Origin: Candidatus Sungiibacteriota bacterium
GTDB taxonomy: Bacteria; Patescibacteriota; Minisyncoccia; Sungbacterales; HO2-52-23
Direction of reading: 5' to 3'
Length of the DNA: 55,232 nucleotides
Assembly: GCA_016432465.1 (NCBI GenBank)
Contig: CP066690.1
Span: 1-55,232 of the forward strand
Shown: in pieces, positions 39,238 to 47,903 of the stretch
Layout: each line of letters starts with the position of its first letter
Numbering within the stretch: position 1 is the first letter of the stretch
The notes under the pieces: model-generated
Told to the model about the DNA's origin: nothing
The model's database searches: none
The model's input: only the letters and a program-made list of their open reading frames with translations
Made by a program: the position numbers and the translations under genes

Positions 39238-39687
39238 ATGGAAAAGAAAATCATAGTAGGCTCTGACCACGCCGGTTTTGAGCTCAAAGAAGCAGTTCTG
39301 GCCCGTCTTCAATCATTAGGGTACACGCTACAAGATCTGGGTGTTAAATCGTTAGAACCCGCTGACTTTCCCTTAATTGCTGAAACAGTTTGCCAGGAAG
39401 TAGTGCGCCAAAAAGCTTATGGTATCCTAATCTGCGCAAGTGGACTGGGTATGTGCATTGTGGCCAATAAAATTGACGGCATTAGGGCAGCGCACTGCGA
39501 ATCCATTTGGAGCGCACGGGAAGCTCGGGAACGAGTTGACGTCAATGTTCTTTGCCTAGGTGGACGATCTCTGGGCCGGGCTCTGGCCTTAAGCATAGTG
39601 GAAACTTTTCTACATTTTGAGTTTTTGGCCGAAGAAAGATATCAAAGAAGACTGGCAGAGATCACCGAACTTGAGACGCGCAATTAA
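39238..39687 (+). CDS. rpiB: Ribose-5-phosphate isomerase B (RpiB/LacAB family)
   Basis: GSDHAG, GILICASGLG, ANKIDGIRAA, NVLCLG, RYQRR. Confidence 0.93.
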   Translation: MEKKIIVGSDHAGFELKEAVLARLQSLGYTLQDLGVKSLEPADFPLIAETVCQEVVRQKAYGILICASGLGMCIVANKIDGIRAAHCESIWSAREARERVDVNVLCLGGRSLGRALALSIVETFLHFEFLAEERYQRRLAEITELETRN

Positions 39688-39694
39688 AGTTGAA

Positions 39695-40306
39695 CTACTC
39701 GGCAGCAAGGGAAGTCTGACTTCTCAAGCTGCCGCGTTTTCTGTCGGACGAAAGATAAAACCGCCACAATTTATTCTTCCAGAGACCTGCATACTCCACC
39801 CCTATTCTTTTTCCTCGCCTGATTTGGCGGGGATTTATGTTAGTGCCGCGATCCTCAATCCAAAGGCCGCTCGTTTTTATTGCGGGTTTTCCGTTGAAAC
39901 GTTTATTAATTTTGAAACAGCGGCATACCTTTCCCGGTCCAATGATATGTAATACCCCAACATTCTCAAGTTTGTTGGTGTGTTGTGATGGAATGACTAC
40001 CGAACGCACCAATAAGGCGGCGGGGTACCCCTTTCTTTCGGTCACGATATTAAGACAGTGGTGTATTCCGTAAATAAGATAAACGTACCAGCATCCCGGC
40101 TTGTCAAACATTACTTTAGTTCTCTCAGTCTTTCCGCGGGAAGCATGCGAGGCCTTGTCTTTCGGTCCCACATACGCTTCAACTTCTGTAATCATACCCG
40201 CGACAGTTTTTTTACCTATTTTCCGCACCAAAAATTTACCCAATAATTCTTGGGCAACTTTAAGCGTAGGACGGTTAAAAAATGTTGGCAAAAGAACTTT
40301 TTTCAT
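39695..40306 (-). CDS. mpg: 3-methyladenine DNA glycosylase (MPG family)
   Basis: FFNRPTLKVAQELLGK, ITEVEAY, YVYLIYGIHHCLNIV, GPGK, RIGV. Confidence 0.93.
   Translation of the reverse strand: MKKVLLPTFFNRPTLKVAQELLGKFLVRKIGKKTVAGMITEVEAYVGPKDKASHASRGKTERTKVMFDKPGCWYVYLIYGIHHCLNIVTERKGYPAALLVRSVVIPSQHTNKLENVGVLHIIGPGKVCRCFKINKRFNGKPAIKTSGLWIEDRGTNINPRQIRRGKRIGVEYAGLWKNKLWRFYLSSDRKRGSLRSQTSLAAE
39950..39985. repeat. Family B element in frame in mpg, encoding QHTNKLENVGVL
   Basis: 29/36 nt identical to the ychF copy. Confidence 0.85.
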
Positions 40307-40362
40307 TCAACGTCTACATAATCATTTTGAAAAAGAGACCGGGGTTTCCAGTCTCACGTAAA

Positions 40363-40851
40363 CTACTTTTTGATTATTACTTCAACTTCATGAAGTGCAA
40401 TTCGGACGCCTTTCGGATAGCCATCAGCACCAAATATTACCTCCAGCTTATCAGGGCTTTGTGCGTGTTTTACAAACCAACTGCCATCGGGTTGAAGTAT
40501 GGCAATCATGTGATCCGGAGTATATGCGGTTACCGAGTCCCTATCTTCGTCACACGACCACGCCTTAAACCCTATTTTCCCGAAGTACGAATACACCCCA
40601 AGCGTCATTCCGTTGTTATGGGTGTAGAACCTTCTGGTACCAATGATAACGAGCTCTCCATTTTTTGTTTTCACTTCAATTTTAGCATAAGGTCCGGTAT
40701 CTGTACGTTCTGTCCAACCCTGACTTGATTCATCCGGCACCATGCCAACCGGCAAAGGAACACACTGATTTGTTGTAAGTGCCAATACAGGAGAATTTGC
40801 TACCAACAGCAGGATTGTGATTGTGAAGCTCAAAAGAATTGGTCTAAACAT
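40363..40851 (-). CDS. Hypothetical secreted protein
   Basis: Signal-peptide-like N-terminus; 162 aa. Confidence 0.65.
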   Translation of the reverse strand: MFRPILLSFTITILLLVANSPVLALTTNQCVPLPVGMVPDESSQGWTERTDTGPYAKIEVKTKNGELVIIGTRRFYTHNNGMTLGVYSYFGKIGFKAWSCDEDRDSVTAYTPDHMIAILQPDGSWFVKHAQSPDKLEVIFGADGYPKGVRIALHEVEVIIKK

Positions 40852-41003
40852 TATAGAGCCTCCTCAATGTAGCAATTCTCATCCCCGCCCATTATTGTCC
40901 ATCAGCTTTTTTGTGTCAAGGGCCCAAAGTATCTGAACTTATACAGAAAAAATAGGTTGTGGTGGTGCCACCTCAACCTTATTCTTAATCGCTGCGCTAC
41001 CCG

Positions 41004-41537
41004 TCAGATGCTGTATCCCGCTCCTCGGAGCTTCTCCTCAATTTCGCTGAGGGGTTTCCACACACCTAGCCGAGCAAACGATTCTTGGATAACTCTTATT
41101 CTTTCATCCGAGTTGAAACGCAAGAAGTCATGAATCAATTCTTCTTCCTCAACAGTTCGTATTGGATGATTCGCGTTGGAAAGCGGCTGGGCAATAAGTA
41201 ATTTGAAATCCCAATACTCTTTGCCAGAAACAATAATTCTCTTTCCAGCCTCCGTCTTACCGCAAACCACACAAATCCTTACTTCTGGTCTGGTGTCATC
41301 ATAATCCACTACGGGGTCATAATAACCGAAATGTCCTGGATTATGGATAATAAGCTGGTGGGGACATTTTTCCTGAAGTTCCTTACGGAAATCCCGTTCT
41401 TGTTTGGACAACTCTTCAACCATCTGGTGGTTGGCGATAATTCTCTCGCGCAGCGTCATCAACTCTTGACTTACCCGTAGCATCGTCCTCCTCCTTTTCG
41501 GGGTCTCTCTTGACCGATAACTATCCATAGTATACAA
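41004..41537 (-). CDS. Hypothetical protein with CPH and CxxC motifs
   Basis: 177 aa; coiled segment followed by KCPH...CVVCG; start uncertain. Confidence 0.6.
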   Translation of the reverse strand: MYTMDSYRSRETPKRRRTMLRVSQELMTLRERIIANHQMVEELSKQERDFRKELQEKCPHQLIIHNPGHFGYYDPVVDYDDTRPEVRICVVCGKTEAGKRIIVSGKEYWDFKLLIAQPLSNANHPIRTVEEEELIHDFLRFNSDERIRVIQESFARLGVWKPLSEIEEKLRGAGYSI

Positions 41538-41626
41538 AAGTTACTCGAAAAAATCAAGCCACGCGAGTATTTTTGAATATGCTTTTTTGTTTCCGTCAGA
41601 AGCACCTCGGTCGTAGAGCAATTATA

Positions 41627-41932
41627 TTATCGAAACTTAATTTTACCCTCCTTCATTTCTTTCCAATGTTCGGGAATACCTCCCTCTATCTCAACCGTTT
41701 CCACCACTTCTCGTTCAACTCCAAACTTTTTGATTACAAATTCTTTAAGTGTCTCTTCAACATTTTTGTTATTTATATAAGCTTTTTTGAGCGCCTCCCA
41801 AACGTCGCCAAGTTCGTTAAATGCTTGCGGATCAATCCAACCCTTGGGATTTCTTTCCGAAATCTTTTTCTTGGCATCAATAACAGCTCTACTATCAACG
41901 TATAACATATCTGATGTGAGGACTATTTTCAT
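41627..41932 (-). CDS. Small hypothetical protein
   Basis: 101 aa ORF. Confidence 0.55.
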   Translation of the reverse strand: MKIVLTSDMLYVDSRAVIDAKKKISERNPKGWIDPQAFNELGDVWEALKKAYINNKNVEETLKEFVIKKFGVEREVVETVEIEGGIPEHWKEMKEGKIKFR

Positions 41933-41979
41933 AGTTGTATTTATAGTATCTATATCTTGCCTTAAAACTTATCACTGAG

Positions 41980-42020
41980 TGGCGCTCCCGTCGGGATTTG
42001 AACCCGAGTTACCAGGCCTT
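41980..42020 (-). tRNA. Orphan 3' half of a tRNA (Glu-like; identity uncertain)
   Basis: CCTGG-TAAC-TCGGG-TTCAAAT-CCCGA-CGGGAGC-G-CCA; no matching 5' half found by eye. Confidence 0.7.
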
Positions 42021-42211
42021 GCCCTCCCACCTTTTACTATCGGTGTGAGTCGGTCTAGAACTACCTGATATGAGGTATCATAAGGCTTTTTCGCGCTCTT
42101 TTCCAGAGGGCGATTTGATGGGGGTGGTCGGGTAAGTTACTTGATAACGATGCCAAAACTGGTAAAATCAGACCAGATAAGACATTCGGCGTGAAGGGAG
42201 ATCTTTAAAAA

Positions 42212-42925
42212 ATGCAGAAAGTGAACATTTATGAGTTACCGCTCGCGTTTAACGTTTGCGATCAGCTTCTTAGAGAGATTGAACAGTCACAACGGTGGTC
42301 AATGGCGCATGTACTGATGAATCCCAAAGCATGGTCATTACTTCACGAACACCATCGAGTGGATGAAGCATACATCATAACCCATGGCAGTGGTCATCTG
42401 ATTCGTGGAGACACTGTATTTGCTGTCCAGGCAGGAGACGTTTTGTGGATACCACGACATACCCGTCACAAGCTCATCAATACTAGCGCAACTAGTCTTG
42501 AGCATTTAGTTTTAGCCGCGCCACCTTTCGATTCGGCAGATGTTTACCTGGATGAGAGTTGGGGCGATCCGAAAGCAACCCCTCAACCATTTGTGCAACC
42601 ACCGGTGGATGACTGTTTTGACGGGGCAAGGATTATTGCTTACGAATTAACTGGTGTGGCGAGCATCGCATTTGGTTGGGTTATGGCTGACCCAACACGG
42701 CACAAACCGGCCCACTATAACAAGGATATAACGGAGTGGATATGTGTAGTTGAGGGTGGCGGCTTTATTGAGGTTGATGGCGTTTCTTACCCTATCCGGC
42801 GTGGAGATTGGATTCGCATTGATCCGGATGAGAAACACGCTCTACGAAACAGAAATGACCAACACATGATTGTCGTCTGCATCTGCACACCATGTTTCAA
42901 GATGGAAGATGTGCATTACAAGTAA
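42212..42925 (+). CDS. Tandem two-domain cupin protein
   Basis: HEHH..DEAYII..G.G...AGDVLWIP...H and H......E...V.EG.G...RGD...I...E.H. Confidence 0.85.
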   Translation: MQKVNIYELPLAFNVCDQLLREIEQSQRWSMAHVLMNPKAWSLLHEHHRVDEAYIITHGSGHLIRGDTVFAVQAGDVLWIPRHTRHKLINTSATSLEHLVLAAPPFDSADVYLDESWGDPKATPQPFVQPPVDDCFDGARIIAYELTGVASIAFGWVMADPTRHKPAHYNKDITEWICVVEGGGFIEVDGVSYPIRRGDWIRIDPDEKHALRNRNDQHMIVVCICTPCFKMEDVHYK

Positions 42926-42933
42926 AACACATG

Positions 42934-42966
42934 AAGCCTCACTGCGTATTGTAGCGAGGCTTTTTC
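42934..42966 (+). terminator. Intrinsic terminator after the cupin gene
   Basis: AAGCCTC...GAGGCTT followed by T-tract. Confidence 0.7.
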
Positions 42967-43255
42967 TTTTGAGGAATCACGGTCGCGCAACAATCTGAGA
43001 GCGCCCGGTCTTTCGAACGGGCGCTCAAGCTACCGGGAGATTTTGAACGACGTTAGAACCTACTTTGAGGGTATCAGAAACTGGCAACCCTTTCCAGATT
43101 TCAGCAAGGTTTTCTCATAAAAAAGATTGGTGCGCGGGAGGAATCGCTTGCTTTGATTTTCTATGCATTTCGTTTTCTAGCGATCTACTTTTTCATACAT
43201 CCGAAAAGATAAAAATAGGGACTTCTTATGAAGCCCCACAGCTATAGATTATGGA

Positions 43256-43558
43256 TCAACGCACCCCAATTCTATCTAACCATTCACCAGATGATTCTAG
43301 AGCCCTGTTGTTTTCGTCAACTCGTACGTTATCCCATGGTTTATCAACGCGCACCTTACCGTACCAATGGTAAAGTTCAGCCTCCGCATCAGGGTGGCGG
43401 TCTAGATAGCGGTTGAGCCAAGATCTCCAGCAACGAATCACTACTTTGGCGACACACCGATATAGGAATGCAAACGCGATCAGAATTAGCGCACCCTCAA
43501 AGAACGTAATATCTCTTAACATGATGTCCTCCATCATTCCAGTTACTGCGGACAGCAT
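43256..43558 (-). CDS. Small hypothetical protein with one TM segment
   Basis: 100 aa ORF with a hydrophobic stretch. Confidence 0.45.
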   Translation of the reverse strand: MLSAVTGMMEDIMLRDITFFEGALILIAFAFLYRCVAKVVIRCWRSWLNRYLDRHPDAEAELYHWYGKVRVDKPWDNVRVDENNRALESSGEWLDRIGVR

Positions 43559-43652
43559 ATATCATCGCGGATTATATTGCAAGAGCATCCTATTTAGGTT
43601 CGATTTCCCACTTCTCTCCAACAAAATAACCGCGTAGATTGCGGTTATTTTA

Positions 43653-43892
43653 TCACAGAAGGTGTCTTTTCAGGAATGCTCTGCCAGAGCCAGATTTGAG
43701 GTATTTCTCGAAAGCAAGCGCCTTCTTTTTGTCGTTGAACGTGCAGTACCACACTAATTTCCACGGACGTTTACGCGAGGTGTAGTCGTCACCTCCTTGA
43801 TTATGGACTTTCAATCGTTCCTTCAAATCTTCTGTAAATCCTTTATACAAACTTCCATCTTTTAAACTTTTTGTTATGTAGATGTAATACAT
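43653..43892 (-). CDS. Solo GIY-YIG nuclease (79 aa)
   Basis: MYYIYITKS...YKGFTEDLKERL..HN...PWKLVWY...A..FEKYLKSGSGR. Confidence 0.9.
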   Translation of the reverse strand: MYYIYITKSLKDGSLYKGFTEDLKERLKVHNQGGDDYTSRKRPWKLVWYCTFNDKKKALAFEKYLKSGSGRAFLKRHLL

Positions 43893-43903
43893 AAAAAAAC
43901 ATG

Positions 43904-44020
43904 CCCGCCTCCGCACAAGGCTACGGCGGGTCCTTCGCTCTGCTTAGGAGCAGTAGTCTTTCAAGTACATTAAAGGCGGCTGTGCCGGCCGAAGCTCTGA
44001 GCAGAGCGAAGAGCGAAGGA
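43904..44020. repeat. Palindromic repeats between the tRNA-Glu 3' end and the GIY-YIG gene
   Basis: Family C copy at 43904-43930; IR TCCTTCGCTCT (43931-43941) / AGAGCGAAGGA (44010-44020). Confidence 0.8.
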
Positions 44021-44094
44021 CGGCCCCAATGGGATTCGAACCCATGATCTTCTGGATGAGAACCAGATATCCTAGACCACTAGACGATGGGGCC
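44021..44094 (-). tRNA. tRNA-Glu(CTC)
   Basis: GGCCCCA/TGGGGCC acceptor, TCTGG-TTCTCAT-CCAGA anticodon arm, GGTTCGAATCC. Confidence 0.96.
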
Positions 44095-44248
44095 ACAAAG
44101 ATAGATTTAGTTTTATAATTTTAAACATAACTCTCCGCGTTTTCAAGTCTATTGATATTTACTATATGGTATGTTATAATACAATTAGTGCGGGCTGGAT
44201 GCCCCAGTCCCGTAACTGCCCGCGAGTACCGGGCAAAGGAGGTTAGTC

Positions 44249-44734
44249 ATGGGTAACGCCACGAGAACTGGCGGCGCATTGGCCAGGTTGATCGCGCTTT
44301 CGGCAAGTGCGATCCACCTTGTCCAAGAAGGTCACCGCGACAGTTCCCAGATCGCAGACCTCCTGGAGGCGCTACAGGCCTTCAAGGAAGGACGAGTTGA
44401 CCCTTACCTCAACCGGCCAGCTTTGAGGCCAAACCAAGTACTGTGCTTGTGCCAGTTGAGGCCGGGGACGACAATTCACGAGCATTATACGAGTAGGTAC
44501 GAAATATGCTGCATGGTGCTATCTTTTCCGTACGTCAAGTTTCTTGGGGGAAAGCCCACATGGTGGATCACTGTCCAATATCCAGATAAATCGACTCAGA
44601 GCATATCGTTGGCAGATAGTGGTGTAGTACCCTATACTGACGGCATGTGGAATGATTCAAGCTGGTTAAGCTTTGATGGTCAACCTGATCTCCACTCCCG
44701 AAACTGCCGTTACTTTCACTTTCAAAAGAAGTAG
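44249..44734 (+). CDS. Hypothetical protein
   Basis: 161 aa ORF preceded by GGAGG and followed by a terminator. Confidence 0.7.
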   Translation: MGNATRTGGALARLIALSASAIHLVQEGHRDSSQIADLLEALQAFKEGRVDPYLNRPALRPNQVLCLCQLRPGTTIHEHYTSRYEICCMVLSFPYVKFLGGKPTWWITVQYPDKSTQSISLADSGVVPYTDGMWNDSSWLSFDGQPDLHSRNCRYFHFQKK

Positions 44735-44743
44735 CAAAAATCC

Positions 44744-44781
44744 GGGCAGGGTGGGTATTGAACACACCCTGCCCTTTTTTT
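44744..44781 (+). terminator. Intrinsic terminator
   Basis: GGGCAGGGTG/CACCCTGCCC stem plus T-tract. Confidence 0.8.
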
Positions 44782-44835
44782 ATCCACGCCCCAGCCGCCA
44801 GAGGCGAGCGATGCTGGGCCACTGGCGGCTGGCGG
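44779..44835. repeat. Family A-type repeat
   Basis: 44779-44809 nearly identical to 25521-25551. Confidence 0.75.
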
Positions 44836-44872
44836 ACGAAGGATAAAACTCCGGGCTTAACCGGAGTTCCAA

Positions 44873-45922
44873 CTACCCAACTGTTACTCCTCGCAAAAAG
44901 GCAGCCGCTTCTTCGGGAACGATATTATTGATATAAAGTCCCGTTCCCCATTCAAAGCCACCGAGACGAGTAATACGCGGGACAAATTCAAAGTGATGGT
45001 GAAATTGTGGAAACTCTACCTCACCGTTACGTAAAAGACCGTTATGCAGGTAGAAGTTATACGCTGGCGGCGGAGTAGTAATCTTAGCGAGACGTTTAGC
45101 CACTTGATTCACTACTTCCACAAGACCCCGAATGTAACGTGGCGCACTTTCTTCGTAGCGCGGAATGTGTTCTTTGGGAAGAACCCAGATTTCAAAGGGT
45201 GAGCGGGAAGCAAGAGGAGTTAGAGCAACCGCATAGTCGTTGGCGAAAAATATGCGATCCCGGTACTCCATTTCCTGACGCAGGGTATCACAATATACAC
45301 AAGAATTCTCGTCGTTATAATAACTTTCGGCGTCCTTAAATTCCTTCTCAATCAGCGGCGGTACAATGGGTAATCCGATCAACTGACAATGGGAGTGTTC
45401 AAGCGAGGCTCCGGCAGCCCAGCCTTCATTTCTGAAAATTAAGATGTACTGGAAACGCTTGTCTCGTCGCAAATCAAGAATACGTTCCCTAAAGGCCCAA
45501 AACAAATCATTGGTGCGCTCCAAAGAAAAATCAGCAAAAAATTCATCGTGTCGCGGCGTGTCAATAATAACCTCATGCGCCCCAAAACCGGGCAGTATAC
45601 GAAAGACGCCAAACTTCTGCTGCTGCAGGGGTATTCCTCCGGGAATGGCCTCAATGGATACGGCTGGAAATTTATTGGGAACTATGCGCAGAGACCAATG
45701 CCCTTCTTTTTTATATTCAAGAATGGTTGGCTTGGGGGTTTTATCTTCGTTCCCGGGACAAAAGGGACATTTCTTGATACGTTCCTCAAGGATTTCGGGT
45801 TCTTTTCTCTCGGTAGAACCATCCGTAACCTCCCCCGGCCGTAAATGCCGTATTGGCGCAACAATACACCAGCGATTCGTGGATTTTTCACGACGAAATT
45901 CTGAAAATCTTCCTTCTGGCAT
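44873..45922 (-). CDS. galT: Galactose-1-phosphate uridylyltransferase (GalT family)
   Basis: CPFCPGNE, VPNKFPA, GAHEVII, GASLEHSHCQ (HxHxQ). Confidence 0.93.
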   Translation of the reverse strand: MPEGRFSEFRREKSTNRWCIVAPIRHLRPGEVTDGSTERKEPEILEERIKKCPFCPGNEDKTPKPTILEYKKEGHWSLRIVPNKFPAVSIEAIPGGIPLQQQKFGVFRILPGFGAHEVIIDTPRHDEFFADFSLERTNDLFWAFRERILDLRRDKRFQYILIFRNEGWAAGASLEHSHCQLIGLPIVPPLIEKEFKDAESYYNDENSCVYCDTLRQEMEYRDRIFFANDYAVALTPLASRSPFEIWVLPKEHIPRYEESAPRYIRGLVEVVNQVAKRLAKITTPPPAYNFYLHNGLLRNGEVEFPQFHHHFEFVPRITRLGGFEWGTGLYINNIVPEEAAAFLRGVTVG

Positions 45923-45960
45923 TTTTTGTTTCCTCCGGGAGCTCTTCTCACTATACCACC

Positions 45961-47283
45961 CTAGGGCCGATCTTTCCAGTATTCATCTTGTCGGACAAGA
46001 AGTTCCTCTGCCTTTTCCGGATGGGCCATCACCTCCCTTACAACACGCTCCATACGCATAGCTTGACTTCCCTTAACTAGTATTAAATCCCCTTCTCTTA
46101 TTAACGGATCAAGTGCCTTGCCGGCAGAGATTGAATCATCAAATTTTAACACCTGACCGGGCATTAAACGACGGGCGTGTGGTTCTACGCCTCTGGTCAG
46201 CGCCTCCTCCGCAATAAATTTTGCCCGAGGGCCTACACACAACAATAAGTCAACAAATTCTGCGGCCTGATCTCCTATAGCGCGATGCGCCTGCTCGGCG
46301 TACCGGCCGATTTCTAGCATATCTCCCAAAACCGCAACTTTCCGATGTGCCGGTAGTGATTTTAGGGTATCCAACGCGGCTCGCATGGACTCCGGAGCGG
46401 CGTTATAAGTATCGTCAAGTACAAGAGTGTGTTTGACACCCCTTAGGAGCCGTAGTCTGCCCGGCGTAGAAGTATAGTCGCGAAGCGCTTCCGAAGCCTC
46501 CACTAAATTTATATTCATTACCAGACCCGCAGCACAGGCGGCAGACACGGCATAAGCCTGCGCTTCTCCAAAAACATCCCTCAAACGCACCGGTACCACA
46601 CTACCATTGTACTCAAGCTTTAAACTGATACCCAACGGCATATCTCCCCATTCCTCGTCTTTGGTAAGATGCGGTTCATAATTAATAATGCGCAGATCTG
46701 CATGTTCTTCAAAGCCGTAGGTGAGAGACTCGGCCACCGTTTGTCTTTTCATATCGTAGACAGCCACGTCATCATGATTTAAAACCGCATAGCCGTCCGG
46801 CGGGAGAGCTGAAACAAGTTTAGCTTTTTCTTTGACCACCTCTTCCGGATCTTTAAAAAATTCCACATGCACCGGAATTTCACCGATGGCAGTTACTACC
46901 GCTAGGTCAGGCTTAGCTATAGATAAAAGATAATCCATGTCACCGGGGCGATCAACACCGTATTCAAGCAGTAGGACTTCAGGATAGCTTTTTCTACGGA
47001 AGAATGCAGTATTTAGCGCACCAAAAAGCATAAGCAGCCATTTAAACGGATTACGACCCCCATGCCTTATTCCCAAAATAGTTAGAGGCAGACCAAATTC
47101 ATTGTTATAGTTTTTTTCTGATGTGCGGACTACAAATTTGCTTTTCAGCACCGCAAAAATAGCCTCTTTGGTGGAGGTTTTTCCAACCGACCCGGTAATT
47201 CCAGCGATAAATGGCCTATAGCGCCACAGGGTCCGACGTGCCAATATCTTTAAGATGCTTTGCAAAATAGATTTCCGCGACAT
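45961..47283 (-). CDS. murF: UDP-N-acetylmuramoyl-tripeptide--D-Ala-D-Ala ligase
   Basis: GITGSVGKTSTKE, NYNNEFGLPL, DDTYNAAPES, VLGDMLEIG, LVKGS. Confidence 0.93.
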   Translation of the reverse strand: MSRKSILQSILKILARRTLWRYRPFIAGITGSVGKTSTKEAIFAVLKSKFVVRTSEKNYNNEFGLPLTILGIRHGGRNPFKWLLMLFGALNTAFFRRKSYPEVLLLEYGVDRPGDMDYLLSIAKPDLAVVTAIGEIPVHVEFFKDPEEVVKEKAKLVSALPPDGYAVLNHDDVAVYDMKRQTVAESLTYGFEEHADLRIINYEPHLTKDEEWGDMPLGISLKLEYNGSVVPVRLRDVFGEAQAYAVSAACAAGLVMNINLVEASEALRDYTSTPGRLRLLRGVKHTLVLDDTYNAAPESMRAALDTLKSLPAHRKVAVLGDMLEIGRYAEQAHRAIGDQAAEFVDLLLCVGPRAKFIAEEALTRGVEPHARRLMPGQVLKFDDSISAGKALDPLIREGDLILVKGSQAMRMERVVREVMAHPEKAEELLVRQDEYWKDRP

Positions 47284-47327
47284 ATACTACTTTTAGTTCT
47301 CACGGTTCTATAATTAAGGATATCATT

Positions 47328-47894
47328 ATGGAAGACGCAGAACAAACGCCCGTAATATCGCAGGTTTTACCGCATCTCTATCTTGGAAACTTTGCGGCGG
47401 CCACCAATGCGGCACTACTGCGAGCCTATGCTATTAAAGGCATTATTTCTGTCACTTTGGACGTCGAGGTACCAGAGAAGTTGTGCTCTGATCTCGGAAT
47501 AGTAAAAACCGATTTCCACATACCGGATGGTTTTTTTAGAGATGACCAAAAAAGGCTTCTTTCAGAAATTATACCTCGAATTAAAAACTTGGAGTCAAGC
47601 CAACAAAACTGTCTTATCAATTGCTGGGCCGGCAAGTCGCGTTCTGTATCTTTAGTTACTGCCTACTTGGTGTGGGGAGGTATGGATTTTCGGAGGGCGT
47701 ATCGGCTGGTCACCAGCCGCCATCCCATTGCCGCGGCCAAACCCCACACCATGTATTGTTTTATCAAACACACCGATGGAAAATTTTCCCTGGCCAACGG
47801 CTTTCTAGTCTTTAGAAGGTGGTTAAAAAACTTGGCTGGCTATATTCTTAAAAAGACCAAACAAAAAATTATATCTTATTTCATCAAGCCCTAG
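47328..47894 (+). CDS. Dual-specificity/protein-tyrosine phosphatase family protein
   Basis: SQVLPHLYLGN and CX5R loop NCWAGKSRS. Confidence 0.88.
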   Translation: MEDAEQTPVISQVLPHLYLGNFAAATNAALLRAYAIKGIISVTLDVEVPEKLCSDLGIVKTDFHIPDGFFRDDQKRLLSEIIPRIKNLESSQQNCLINCWAGKSRSVSLVTAYLVWGGMDFRRAYRLVTSRHPIAAAKPHTMYCFIKHTDGKFSLANGFLVFRRWLKNLAGYILKKTKQKIISYFIKP

Positions 47895-47903
47895 GTGGGC
47901 TTT

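Noticed and set aside
42971-43146. Possible recombinase C-terminal remnant (…ILNDVRTYFE…) and a tRNA-3'-end-like stretch
   Set aside because: There is no start codon, and the similarity rests on recollection and fewer than 20 nt; not supportable without a search
41980-44094. Genomic island bounded by tRNA-Glu(CTC) and its duplicated 3' end
   Set aside because: The 3' fragment differs from tRNA-Glu(CTC) in stems and acceptor, so the two are not an attL/attR pair; no integrase is present
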